Below, piece by piece: positions 11,515 to 22,293 of a stretch of DNA of 64,000 nt. The DNA is from Epithemia pelagica (Eukaryota; Protista; Bacillariophyta): the NCBI GenBank assembly GCA_946965045.2, contig OX337234.1, forward strand, positions 2,976,001 through 3,040,000, written 5' to 3'. A program made the translations under genes and the position numbers. The notes under the pieces are model-generated. The model made no database searches. It saw nothing but the letters and a program-made list of their open reading frames with translations, and was not told the DNA's origin. Each line of letters starts with the position of its first letter. The stretch's first letter is position 1.

Positions 11515-12579
11515 TTATTCTCGCTCGAGGAAAGACTTGTGAGCAGCCCATTTTTTGTTGGTGTCTTGTAATTTCCATTCAATGCATTCCTGGAAGATTG
11601 CTTTGTCGGTGACATAGACCACAGAAGTCCATGCATCGTTGGCAACCTTTTGTGCCCCGTTCATGGCCGCAAACACGGTTGCAAGCTCTTGGTAGTAAAA
11701 CGTGAGTCGGAGGACGACGCGGTATCGATTCCCATGATCTGCCACGCGGTCTTCAGACACCTCGCTCACAGACAAAGCCACTAACGGTATTCCTTCCGGG
11801 ACGTTGAGGCCGTCTAGTTGTTGATGAAACATCCAGCTAGCAGCCACCATGTTGTTTTCGTCGTTTTGAAATTTCTTGAACATGGCCTTATCTTTCAAAT
11901 GACACTTATAGTGTGCAATATGAGGAAAGGGCTTATCAATGCTCTGATAGCGAGCTAGATCCGTAGTTGGTTCTACTGGCTCTGTGACAGGCACGGAGAG
12001 CCGGTATGAATGCAATTGATCCAGGGACTGACATGGCGACTCAAAATCTTGCGGGTGATAGTCTTGCAATCGAATGCGCTGGAGATCACGTGGGGCTGGC
12101 ACTGCCTTTGGAGTGATGGGATCCAGTTCAATCCCATCCAAGTGAAGGAGGTCTTTGTGAATTTCCCATGCGTTTATAGCGGTCTGAAACGCACTTGCGG
12201 AGTCATCGTTCATAAAGTAGGCTGTAGCCACAAGATCGTCATTTTCATACCTCACTAAAACTCCTTCCGCTTGAGAGAAACGCCCGTTGTGTTGCTCCAA
12301 CAACTTGTAGACATTTCCCCTTGCTCCCTTCGACTGCTTGGCTTGTCGTATCTTCAATCCTACGAAGTACACGGCGGGCGGATGAGCCGCGGCGCTTTGC
12401 CGAATGTAGCTGCGGAGTCGAGATCTCGCGGCAACACCTTTGACGTCCAAAATTTGATGCAGCTCCGCCATATCCTCCTGGCTCGTCACGTCAACGTGAC
12501 GTAACACAATGCCATTTTCGGCGGATTTTTTCTCCCAAGCATCAATCTCGTCTTGTCGACTAAAGATCATGGTCTCCAT
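11515..12579 (-). CDS. Hypothetical protein with SAM-like N-terminus and HNH-like C-terminus (Crinkler-related type)
   Basis: Intact 354-aa ORF. EDMAELHQILDVKGVAARSRLRSYI resembles a SAM helix pattern; AHYKCHL...ENNMVAASWMFHQQLDG resembles the H-N-H core of CR-HNH nucleases. Confidence 0.45.
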   Translation of the reverse strand: METMIFSRQDEIDAWEKKSAENGIVLRHVDVTSQEDMAELHQILDVKGVAARSRLRSYIRQSAAAHPPAVYFVGLKIRQAKQSKGARGNVYKLLEQHNGRFSQAEGVLVRYENDDLVATAYFMNDDSASAFQTAINAWEIHKDLLHLDGIELDPITPKAVPAPRDLQRIRLQDYHPQDFESPCQSLDQLHSYRLSVPVTEPVEPTTDLARYQSIDKPFPHIAHYKCHLKDKAMFKKFQNDENNMVAASWMFHQQLDGLNVPEGIPLVALSVSEVSEDRVADHGNRYRVVLRLTFYYQELATVFAAMNGAQKVANDAWTSVVYVTDKAIFQECIEWKLQDTNKKWAAHKSFLERE

Positions 12580-12785
12580 GGCAGTACCATGTATTGTTCA
12601 ACTTAAGAGATGTTGCTCCGTCGAGATGCACAGTTTTCGCGTGCTCAACACTGTACTCGTCTCTTCTTTGACTACTGCGGCTGCAATTTTGTCGAGGTGG
12701 AGCTCGTATTGCATGCAATGTATCCGCGACCCCCTACAGGGAAGCCCACTTACACTGACGTGTTCCCTCCAAAAGATCTTTTTGC

Positions 12786-13964
12786 ATGTCCAATCTATTT
12801 CGACGATTGACATCCATGACCATGACGCCATTGTCGTTCCTAGTTCTCCTTGTCTCTTTTCTGGTCGTAAATACTGCATGCGGCTTTGTCTCTGCACCAT
12901 TATTTATCGGAAGCTCGGTGGCCGCTCCAAGAACGGTGCCAGTGCGAACTGAGTTTGTTGGCGATACTACTACCAAGTCTCCTTCTCCGTGTCGCCATGC
13001 CACGAACAAGGATCCAGATTCCTCGTCGTCGACTTCCACCACAAACACATCCGGACGGGCCTCGTTGAAACGTGCTCGTGATTTGATGCGTTGTTTGGTG
13101 GAAGAAGAAGAGTGCTTTGTGACGGAATCGGGTGCCCGTGCCTTTGTTGAGGCGTGTGCACCGAATGTCGTGATTGCCGATTGTTTTTATCCTCAACCGT
13201 TTGTCGGTCTCGCACAAGCCAAGGATTACCTCTCCCGTCGAGTGGCACAACGCAAAGGTAAGGGTCGGGTCCGCATTGACAAAATTAGCGATGGAGATAC
13301 CGCCTGTGGCTATGCCTGGACTTGGACCTGTGAGGAACAAGAAGGATTGCGAGGTACCACCTTTGTCCAACTCAATGATCAGGGAGAAATTCAATACCTG
13401 CAAGAAATTCCCGAACCCATTTTTAAACCAGGCGATTTGACCAAAGATTTGTTAAAAGCCTTGACGCAAGGCTTGGAACCAGCCACACCCCAACCCTACG
13501 AAAAACAACAACCTACCAAAGCCTGTGAGGTGGCGCAATATCTCTTTGGACCCTTGCAACAGGGAGACTTTCAAGAGGCTACAGACGAACTCATGACTTT
13601 TTTTGACGAATCTGTCATTTACCGTGATTTCAACTTTGAAGACGTGTTGAATGGACCCGCCCAAGTACGACAATTTGTGGAAGATTTCAATCTTCCGGGA
13701 TGCGAATTCACACCCACCCGCTTTGACGATGGAGAAACGAGTACCTGTTTTACATGGGAATTTAAGATTGCCGATGCACCCGATGCCATTAAAGGAATTT
13801 CCTTTTACGAATTGGATCCAGAAACAAGAAAGATTATCTATGTTCGGGATGTCCCTGAAAGTGCCATTAAGCCACCCCTCTTGGGGACGTGGGCCCGCGA
13901 CTTGCGACCCGGATTGGGTGTCTTTCAAAGTGTTCCGTTGGGAAGCCGACCGGGAGGTATGTAA
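12786..13964 (+). CDS. Tandem SnoaL/NTF2-like domain protein, probably plastid-targeted
   Basis: Hydrophobic signal followed by ACG-FVSAP (ASAFAP-like). Two repeated NTF2-like units (D.FYPQPFVG...TWTW...G.TF..L / D.NFEDVLNG...TWEF...GISFYEL). Confidence 0.7.
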   Translation: MSNLFRRLTSMTMTPLSFLVLLVSFLVVNTACGFVSAPLFIGSSVAAPRTVPVRTEFVGDTTTKSPSPCRHATNKDPDSSSSTSTTNTSGRASLKRARDLMRCLVEEEECFVTESGARAFVEACAPNVVIADCFYPQPFVGLAQAKDYLSRRVAQRKGKGRVRIDKISDGDTACGYAWTWTCEEQEGLRGTTFVQLNDQGEIQYLQEIPEPIFKPGDLTKDLLKALTQGLEPATPQPYEKQQPTKACEVAQYLFGPLQQGDFQEATDELMTFFDESVIYRDFNFEDVLNGPAQVRQFVEDFNLPGCEFTPTRFDDGETSTCFTWEFKIADAPDAIKGISFYELDPETRKIIYVRDVPESAIKPPLLGTWARDLRPGLGVFQSVPLGSRPGGM

Positions 13965-14180
13965 AGACTACAAATAAGTAATCCTTGAGACCAGCTGGAA
14001 ACTACAAGTATACCATCGTACCTGAGCCAGCCGGGCGGACCATATATATTCGATTGTAGAGAGTCAGTGCGAAGATCGTCAGTATCATCCACAAGCTGAA
14101 AATATGGGCAGCAATCCCCTGCTTGTTGAGTTGTCAATTCGTAGAACACTCCGCATTCCAACTGTTGTGCGTTTGCTTGT

Positions 14181-16280
14181 TCAGGTTTTTGTTGCAAGAG
14201 CCTTCTCTTGTTGGATGTTCGTGGCGTCGCTTTCCACCAAGTCTTTTCCTTCTTCTTCTTCTTCTTCCTCCTCTCCCTTCAAGTCCCACTCGGCATCGCC
14301 AGTGTCGGATTCATCGTCAAGCCACACAATGACAATGGTAATATTGTCATTGCTTCCCCGATTCAGTGCTTCTTGTACCAATCCTTGTGTAATATCGTCT
14401 CGAGTAGTACATGCCTCTTCCTCCTCTTCTTTGTCATGGACACGAGCGGCATGCCAGGCTTGGACAAATTCCACCACTTCCTGATTGGTCATGACATCCC
14501 ACAATCCATCAGTGGCCAAGACGATAAAGTCCACTGGGTCGTTGGTCTTCTTCTTCTTTTTTATTGGGTCATTGTCGTCCGTTGTTGTATCATGATTGTC
14601 CTGGTGTGTCTCTTCACCATGTCCAAGTGCTTGTTGTTGTAGTTGTTGTTCCAGTAAGAGGGTCACGGTGTGAATATCTGGTTGTGCCGTGACATAGGGT
14701 CGTTCCGATCGATCTCCCACGGCACGCGACAAGGCCAAATTGCCATTGACCCGAGGGACCGAAAGGGGTGAAGAACCAACCGTGACCTGACCTCCCATGG
14801 ATGTAATGCGATGATATTCCAAGGGATTGTCGGGTTTGTGATCCTTGGTCAATTCCATCAACCGTTTCTTGTGATGCAAAATGGCACGACTGTCACCAAT
14901 ATTGGCCACAATCAACGTCGTCCAGCACGAACGAATACTGTCACCGCTACTAGAATGAGCATCCTGCACAGTGTCTTTCAAGAGTATCGTCGCATCGTTC
15001 TTCGTATCCTCGTAACTATCGGTATGACCATGGACGTTGGATGTTGTCTGCTTTGTCTCTTGTTCTTCCTGGACCAGCAACGGATCCTCTACTACTAGAG
15101 CAGGAGGACCCGAGGGTATCCACCATAGTACTACAGCCGTACTTCCTTGATAACTCCAATGACTTATTTTTTGTACTTCTTGATCGACCTTGTCTAATGC
15201 CTTGGTCAAGGCTGTGACGTGCTGCTGAATCCAAGATGACGACGATGACGAGGATTCGTGTGGCATGGGTGTCATTGTTGTCGTCGTCGTCGTCGTCGTC
15301 GTAGGACGTTGGTGTTGCAATTCGGCCAGTAAATTTTGTTTCAAATAGCGACTGACCGCTTTGCCGCCATGTCCATCAAAAATCGCCACACAATCGGTAC
15401 CCACCACATATTCATCTTCCATGTAGGGTCGAAGGCCTTGCGTTTGTTGAACCGTGACACGCACCTTGCGGGTGGTGGTTGTCGTCGTCGTGGTGCTTGT
15501 TGTTGCAACATGAAGATACATGGGTGGTTGAGACAAGGACGACGGTCGTTGTTGTTGTGGGTTTCTTCGTTGTGGCTTTTCTCGTGTCGATGTTGTTGTG
15601 GTTTGCGTCGAGAATGTTGGTTTTGGTAGTGGTGGTTGTTTGGTTTGCACCTCCTCGGGTGATACCTGCTCACGTCCCTCCGATTCGAAAACACTAAAGG
15701 AACTCGTCATCATCTCTCCGTGTGGTCGGTCATTGTCTTGAGGAACCATTTCATGGTTGGAATCCGATTGAGTAGAAAGTGTTGTTTCTGATGGAGAGTG
15801 ATGTTGGTCTTCTCCTCCACCACGAACCTGCTGTTGGAGGCAGACTTGGCCCCGAATCACGTTTGTTCGAGTCCCAAAGAAGGAGGAGGGTGGTCGTTGT
15901 CGACTGGTATGCCAGGGTCCACCACCACCACCACGAGGACGACGAGAGGAGGAGGGGGAGATCTTGGTGGTGGTGGTCACGTCATGGGCATCGAGATCAC
16001 CACCACCATTGCCCCAACCACCACCACAAGTGACGTCACAACAAAACAACGAAAGCAACAGCAGCAGCACTCGACCAAAGCGGTGAAGCACTGTACCAAC
16101 CGTTGCGTCGTGCGCCAAGAACCAGGAGACGGGACGATCCGATGGGATCTCCTTGCGGTACCAGAGCCACGTCATGGTTGGCTCTGTGTAGAGAATACCA
16201 GACAGTGTCCTGAATCGAGTTGTGGAAGCAGCAGCAGCGCTTGGACTTTTGGACATCTTTGCCATCACCACCCACCACAA
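14181..16280 (-). CDS. Protein phosphatase 2C (PPM family) with low-complexity insertions
   Basis: QGLRPYMEDEY, IFDGHGG, ANIGDSRA, DHKPD, LALSRAVGD, ATDGLWDV and GSNDNIT motifs. Confidence 0.92.
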   Translation of the reverse strand: MWWVVMAKMSKSPSAAAASTTRFRTLSGILYTEPTMTWLWYRKEIPSDRPVSWFLAHDATVGTVLHRFGRVLLLLLSLFCCDVTCGGGWGNGGGDLDAHDVTTTTKISPSSSRRPRGGGGGPWHTSRQRPPSSFFGTRTNVIRGQVCLQQQVRGGGEDQHHSPSETTLSTQSDSNHEMVPQDNDRPHGEMMTSSFSVFESEGREQVSPEEVQTKQPPLPKPTFSTQTTTTSTREKPQRRNPQQQRPSSLSQPPMYLHVATTSTTTTTTTTRKVRVTVQQTQGLRPYMEDEYVVGTDCVAIFDGHGGKAVSRYLKQNLLAELQHQRPTTTTTTTTTMTPMPHESSSSSSSWIQQHVTALTKALDKVDQEVQKISHWSYQGSTAVVLWWIPSGPPALVVEDPLLVQEEQETKQTTSNVHGHTDSYEDTKNDATILLKDTVQDAHSSSGDSIRSCWTTLIVANIGDSRAILHHKKRLMELTKDHKPDNPLEYHRITSMGGQVTVGSSPLSVPRVNGNLALSRAVGDRSERPYVTAQPDIHTVTLLLEQQLQQQALGHGEETHQDNHDTTTDDNDPIKKKKKTNDPVDFIVLATDGLWDVMTNQEVVEFVQAWHAARVHDKEEEEEACTTRDDITQGLVQEALNRGSNDNITIVIVWLDDESDTGDAEWDLKGEEEEEEEEGKDLVESDATNIQQEKALATKT

Positions 16281-16920
16281 AAATGAGAAACGAAAACTCC
16301 AGAACTTTCTGAGAGCTGCTGTTTGGGTTGACGGGACTTCTGTCCCGCCACGTCATATAAGTTTCAACTCCGGTCACGAGTTAACAGGTTTGGTCCAATG
16401 AACTAGGAGTAGAACATTTCTCTACGAGTAATAGCTACTCCTAGTAGTATAGATGTGGCCGTTTCATTCCCAATCTGATCTGGTTTCTGTGGTTGCCATG
16501 AAGGGGCATTGAATTGACTTCCACGGGTTCACCCGGTGTCCTATGTTTCTATGGTGGTACAATAGAAAGAAACGGTTGCGGTTCATATGATATATGATAT
16601 GGTATATCGTCGTCTCTCGTTGGCGGAGGTGACGGCCAAGAGTCGACTACGAAAATGTTCCGCGACGCAAACACGTTGTGAGTCTACCCCCCCCCCCCCC
16701 CCAAAAGGAATACTTGAACCTCCTCAAGTTGTTCCTATCGACATTACCAACGATTATATATCCGTGATAAGACAAAGAGAATGCTCAGCTTTACTCTCCT
16801 TCGTATTCTAGTGTTCCAACACACACAAGTGTTCTTCTCAAGGGCCGAAACGACACGTTGGTAAATGTTGTCCAATACTCGGAATCACACAGAATCCAGG
16901 CGCTAGAAACTTTTCTTTTG

Positions 16921-17141
16921 CATCAAAATGGTCAACTGCTTGCTAACAATGGCTTGTAACTTCTCAGGCGATATGGTGTCCTTGTTATGCTTTTCGAGTG
17001 ATCCCAAGTCACTCAGAAACAGACTCCTGTTTCTCTTTCATCAACATGGCCAACTGCTTGTCGACCATGGCTTGTAACTTGTCCGGCACTGTGGTGTCCT
17101 CTCCATGCTCTTCGAGTGATCCCAAGCCACTCAGAAATACT
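16921..17141. repeat. ~100-bp imperfect direct duplication (period 118) of the kinase C-terminus
   Basis: CATCAA(A/C)ATGG..AACTGCTTG...TTCGAGTGATCCCAAG(T/C)CACTCAGAAA at 16921-17024 and 17039-17141. Confidence 0.9.
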
Positions 17142-18835
17142 TGGCCCTGTGCATCGACGAGCACGTGTCGCCAGCGAATGTCGTCATTTTTATACCGATA
17201 GCCTTGTTCGGCAAATCGATACAATTCTTCTTCCAACTTTTGTGTGATGGCATCGCGATTCTGGACCTGCTTTCCATAGGGCATGACCAAACAAGGGCGT
17301 CCAGCCAGATCCACCACATTGACATGAGGAAAGCGATCCTGGTAGAGCTCTCGCCAACGGTCAGCCTCCCCTTTTGCCACTTTTCGAAGAATCGCAATCT
17401 TCTCGTTTTCCTCCTTTTCTCTAGCCTGGTTGGTGGACTTTTGGGAAGGACGGACGTGGTAACTCTTCAACGCGCAAACGCGGCAACTGGAATTGCAGGC
17501 AAGAATCACCGATGCATGGCTCCCAACTCCCAGTTCACCCAAAAGGTAGAATGTCTGCGACGAAGGATCCGGAAAATCCTGGAGATTGGCAGTGAATGCT
17601 ATCTTCTGTTTCTTGATCGTAGTGTACAAAGGTGTCTGGACCCAAGTGTAGTAGTCCTTGCCAATCTTGAACACAACCCTATTTCCCAGAGACTCACCAT
17701 GGCTAATGTCTGGGATTTGAGTAGCAACATTGGACTCAACTTTTTGGTAAGCCATTTCATTGGCTTGCAGAAGAAAAGGAAAGACATATCCATTCTCAAA
17801 CACTTCTGAGTAATAAACAACTCGGTCCACCTCTTTTTCTTCGTAAGCCTTCCTCTTAGTGTCATTGGCGTCTTGCAAGAGGTGTGAGACAGTAACGCTC
17901 TCGCGAATTGGGCTAGTGATCTGGTCTTCGCACTTTTCAGCAACTTGTTGCACTCTGTCCGGCGGCGCTTCGTTGGAAGAAAGTGTTTCCTCTACATCTT
18001 TCACAATTTTCGCATGTGCAGCGTCATTGGCGAAGCTTTCCAATGACGCGAGAGCAATCTTGTTGTACGTCATGACTGCTCCAAGGGGTTACTGGATGCC
18101 TGTGCTTCTCATTGCCAGCAAGTAGGACCAGATCTGGCCGCTGGTGTTCTCCGATGTAAAGACCTGATCGTTGTGGTTTCCATATCGCGCATCCGGACTC
18201 TTCACTTCAACGGCAAATATGATCTTTCCCTTGATTCGAAGGACAACGACAATGTCTGGTTTCATCAAGAAAATTGAAATCTCCGTTGCCACACGAGCTT
18301 GACGTAGCTTTAAACATCTGCAAGCATCTTTGATCATACTCACGCACAACCGTTGAACCCCGAATTCGTTAGCGTATTCGAAACCAAGAGTTTCGAAATA
18401 GCGTTCGGCTCCCAAGACACTTGGAATCAGTGCATTATTAGCTTGGACGGGAATGCGAACGTGAGATGGATGCACATAGTGCTCTGTACGGACCTCAATC
18501 TTGGCCTTTGGAATTTGTAGAAACCCATTGCGAAACGTTTGTTTCTCCTTGTCAAAATAGCTGATTTTTCGGGAGTTTCCCGAGGCACTGGGTTTTACGG
18601 CATTGTTTAAGATCAGAGGAGGAAGACAAAAGTTTTTCTTCGGATCAAGGTATGTTTGCTCGATGGATGTTCGATGAAGGTCTCGGGCTGCATCGGTTTT
18701 TGCTTTCAGTTCCTCATCTTTTGCTGCATAAGCGGCTTTTATTCGATCCATTTCTATTTTCTCGCGCAATGTATATATTTTGCAATGTAGATCTTTTATA
18801 TCGTCAAGGACACCACGAATCTCACTAGTGAGCAA
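17009..18835 (-). pseudogene. Crinkler-related restriction-endonuclease-fold + protein-kinase-like gene with one in-frame stop
   Basis: ORFs 18089-18835 and 17009-18073 are in the same frame, separated by TAA (GIQ*PLGAVMTY). PD-(D/E)xK motif KPDIVVV...AVEVKSPD...GQIWSYL is followed by kinase motifs LGVGSHASV, CALK, PCLVMPY, NDDIRWRHV and FLSGLG. Confidence 0.7.
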
Positions 18836-18960
18836 CCCCCCAGGCGACGGAAGCTACGGGAAAAATAAGATGTCATGGATATTACTAGATACCTAGACAA
18901 AAGCGCATGGGTTGTTACTAGAGGAAAGCTTCTTATACCATCAATTATGCTATAGGCTCT

Positions 18961-20043
18961 CTACTCATAGTCTTGAACGTCGTCATCATCGTCACCACCA
19001 TATCCTTCAGTTGCACGCTCAACCATGCAAGAAATGAGCATGACAAGTGTGGGTAAGGCAGCCCCACTGGGCCCATCCCCATCGAGCTTGTAGAACATGG
19101 GCCGAGACACAACATCACCTTTGATGTCAATCATGTTATTCTCGACCTTCTTCTCTAGGTGGATTGTTAGGTTGGTGGTGACGACTTTACTGTCATCCTG
19201 TTTGAGTTTCTCTTTTGTTTCAACGATGCCAGCAGCTTTGGCACTTGAAGCATTAGAAGCGACGCCGCCACCACGATCCAACTGGCCCTCGAAAAGCCGC
19301 TGAGGGTCGAAAAGATACTCGGGCCATTTGTGGACGATCCGAATCTTCATACCACCAGGAGCAATGGAAACTGACATATCCTCCGCCCGTGTTCCCGATG
19401 GAAGAAGAACGAAGAAGCAAAGGCGAAGATTCTTGTCCTTGTCATGCCAATAAGAGTTCATCGTTGGCCAGTAGAGGTCTCCACTGGCATGCATCTTACC
19501 CTTCTTTGTCCCCCCTGTCTTTGCAGAGCGTGGCGTTTTCATGCTGACACTTGCACCACCAGGAGTGGGAGGACCAAAGAATGCAGTGGCACGACCAGCT
19601 TGACCCATCAATCCACCCCCCGGAGACATAAACCCAACATGCTCTGCCTCTCCACGCCGCGCTCCCGTTGAGAGAGCCACATCCTCAGCAGCTTTCAGGT
19701 TGCGTTGGGCGTTCTTCCACGAGGAGCTGAAGTTCTGGAACTTCAGCACCTCTCCTTCCGAAGCTTCGTAGACTGCCTTGTACTGTTCTCGGGAGGGATT
19801 AGGAGGCATCTTGCCTTCACTAATCTGCTTGCGAATGTATTCGCCTTGCTCCCCCTTCCAATTAAAAGCCTTTGTAGATTTCTTCGCCATGTTGTTTGAT
19901 TGTTTGCTGCGTTCCTCTTGCGGTTTGGGAGTCGGCGTTTTTTGAGCCACCAAAGCAACAATGAGTCCATCTGGTCCCTCTGGGATCTGGGAGGCGGAGA
20001 GAGGAGAGACCATACTGGGTGGATGGCATAATTCTTCATTCAC
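18961..20043 (-). CDS. Probable accessory (ORF2-like) protein of a PIF/Harbinger-type element; basic HTH-like N-terminus plus beta-sandwich-like C-terminal domain
   Basis: Intact 360-aa ORF co-oriented with and 220 bp downstream of the transposase. Harbinger elements characteristically pair the transposase with a DNA-binding ORF. Shares two motifs with 22294-24113. Confidence 0.5.
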   Translation of the reverse strand: MNEELCHPPSMVSPLSASQIPEGPDGLIVALVAQKTPTPKPQEERSKQSNNMAKKSTKAFNWKGEQGEYIRKQISEGKMPPNPSREQYKAVYEASEGEVLKFQNFSSSWKNAQRNLKAAEDVALSTGARRGEAEHVGFMSPGGGLMGQAGRATAFFGPPTPGGASVSMKTPRSAKTGGTKKGKMHASGDLYWPTMNSYWHDKDKNLRLCFFVLLPSGTRAEDMSVSIAPGGMKIRIVHKWPEYLFDPQRLFEGQLDRGGGVASNASSAKAAGIVETKEKLKQDDSKVVTTNLTIHLEKKVENNMIDIKGDVVSRPMFYKLDGDGPSGAALPTLVMLISCMVERATEGYGGDDDDDVQDYE

Positions 20044-20264
20044 GGTTCAAGTGAAGACAAGATTGGTCGTTTGAAGGGCATATCATGGGCAGTGGTATTC
20101 GTTTTTGTCTGAACTAGAATATAGACGATAGTTAGCTTGCTGTCATTCAAAGTGTCTGTCTTTCCTACACAAGTTACTATGAGTCATTGTGTGGCTGTAT
20201 CTAAGGCGTGTGCTATGGGGAGTAGGGCGATTGGATAGTATGAAGTATGAAGGTATTATTACTC

Positions 20265-21188
20265 CTAAGCGTAACCAGCAGGCATCGAAAAATGTCTGTC
20301 ATCGTAGTCAACGTCGAAAAGAGTGAGTTCTCCATTTTCGACAGAAAGCTGAACAATCACAGCAACTGCCCGAAACATGGCAGAGTGCTTGTCCAATGAA
20401 TGCTTTAAGCATTCTTTGATGCACTTCCATTCCTTTAGGCGCCTGTTGATTGTTTCATGTCTGTTGCGGACGCGCTGTCTTAGCTCCACGTCCGCTGCTG
20501 TCCGCGAGTTCACTTCGGGCGTGAGAATTTTTGTAGGTTCGCCCACATATCCATCATCCGCTTCTGCCTTCTCGTTGTCATGTAGGAAAGACTTCATCGC
20601 GTGGCGGAAAATTTTAAGATCTGGCCAACGCCCGCAAGGGAAGGGTCCATGCACCCACACAATGTCACGGCTGCGGATGGACAGGCCAATCTCCCAACGA
20701 GTTCCAGGGCCGTTGAACTTGTGCGAAAACCAACCCTTCCAAAAGGGCCGATAACTGGGAACCCTCGTGTCTGTTCCATCCACAGAAACTGTAGAATCGT
20801 TGTAGATGTCATTGTTGAATCGATTTTCCCAGCGAATTACAAGCGGTTCAAGAAACGAAAGCCCACGGACAAAATGCCAGCTCCACTTCCGAAATGTCTT
20901 GGGGTCCACTCTTCCACCATCCTCCCCTCCAGCATCCTTAGCCATATCAGGCTCATCTGCGTAGGTCCGAAGAAGCATGAGAGCCCACAAAAGATGCTTG
21001 GGTTGTGGATTGTTTGGCATCTCATGCTCTCGTGCATCCTCCAAACGAACCCATAGGATGCTGCACATGGATGGCGAGGCCCCAAACTTGTTGGCCCAGA
21101 GACGCCGAAAGGTCTCCGTCTCGGAGATTCTCTTGCGCAAGATGCTTGCTCCCAGTTCCTGAAACAGCTCTGGAGCAATGGCGTTCAT
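20265..21188 (-). CDS. PIF/Harbinger (DDE_Tnp_4-type) transposase
   Basis: N-terminal HTH (HLLWALMLLRTY...KTFRKW) and DDE motifs SVDGTD, ADDGY and RNRHETINRRLKEW. ATG at 21188. Confidence 0.85.
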   Translation of the reverse strand: MNAIAPELFQELGASILRKRISETETFRRLWANKFGASPSMCSILWVRLEDAREHEMPNNPQPKHLLWALMLLRTYADEPDMAKDAGGEDGGRVDPKTFRKWSWHFVRGLSFLEPLVIRWENRFNNDIYNDSTVSVDGTDTRVPSYRPFWKGWFSHKFNGPGTRWEIGLSIRSRDIVWVHGPFPCGRWPDLKIFRHAMKSFLHDNEKAEADDGYVGEPTKILTPEVNSRTAADVELRQRVRNRHETINRRLKEWKCIKECLKHSLDKHSAMFRAVAVIVQLSVENGELTLFDVDYDDRHFSMPAGYA

Positions 21189-21415
21189 CGTCGTTTTTGT
21201 TGGATTGTTGGGAGAATTGTGTGTGAGGCTGAAGACGAATCGTGATATCGTTGATGAGGTAAGACACACTACTTAGAGTACCTACAGTAGAACTTATGAA
21301 TACGTAAGTAGTGTACATCAGTATTCTGTACACCCGATGGATATCCATGGATACCCACGATACTCACAAAATCACAGATTTCCCGTGGAAACTGGGAATC
21401 CCAACAAGTCGAATT

Positions 21416-21729
21416 TTCCGACGCCATTTTCTCAGGCCTTGAAGGACCTCAGACAAAACCACACCAGGATCTGTTAGACCCCAATGGACCCTCAAGATCC
21501 CCCATGAAACATATGGGATTGGGGCATCGTGGCTCTCAGGATATGCTTGGGAAAGTGTGGATATCAACGCTTTTTTGATGATTTCACGACTTTCCCAAGC
21601 ATATCCTGAGAGCCACAATGCCCCAATCCCATATGTCTCTTGGGCGATGTTTAGGGTGCATTGAGGTCTAATGGATGCTGGTATGGCTCTGAGTGAAAAG
21701 CTCCACAGCTCGAGAAAATGGCGTCGGAA
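21416..21729. repeat. Long fold-back (nested inverted repeats)
   Basis: Inner arms 21510-21556 and 21589-21635 (47 bp, 1 mismatch). Outer arms TTCCGACGCCATTTTCTC at 21416-21433 and 21712-21729. Confidence 0.9.
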
Positions 21730-22293
21730 TAATGGGAATGGTGGATACCCATGGACATCATGGATATCCGCCATTCCCATCGTTTCATAGTTTTGCCATG
21801 GAGGTGCGAGAGCGCCGGCAGAGACCCATGTACAATAATACGCACTACTTTAGAACCATAAAGTGACACATACGAGTAATCCAAATAGTATAGTACAAAT
21901 CCGGCCCATCCGGGATCTTTCTGGAATATATATAAAATACAAATATTGCCTTGGGATGGCTTTGTTTTATGCCTCTTGCGATATACTCCGACGTCCGTTG
22001 ACGTGGTGTTCACATACAAATTTTCGATTCTAAGGCTTAAGTCTCGACGCTTTATACCTACGACTAGACACGACCAAGCGGGGTGATTGAGATGAAGAAA
22101 CTACTGTGTGGTTGTGTGGAGCGAACACACTTTGCAACAAAAATGGTGGCGGCATCTCATTTTGTCTCATCTTGTGTTTTCCATTCGGCCATTGCGCCTC
22201 TACCTTTTGCACGGCTACTATCCATCAATCAAACGCTTTGTCTCGTCTGAAGCTCATTTCTTGCTGATTGTTGGGTTTCTTCTTTGTAAGTGA

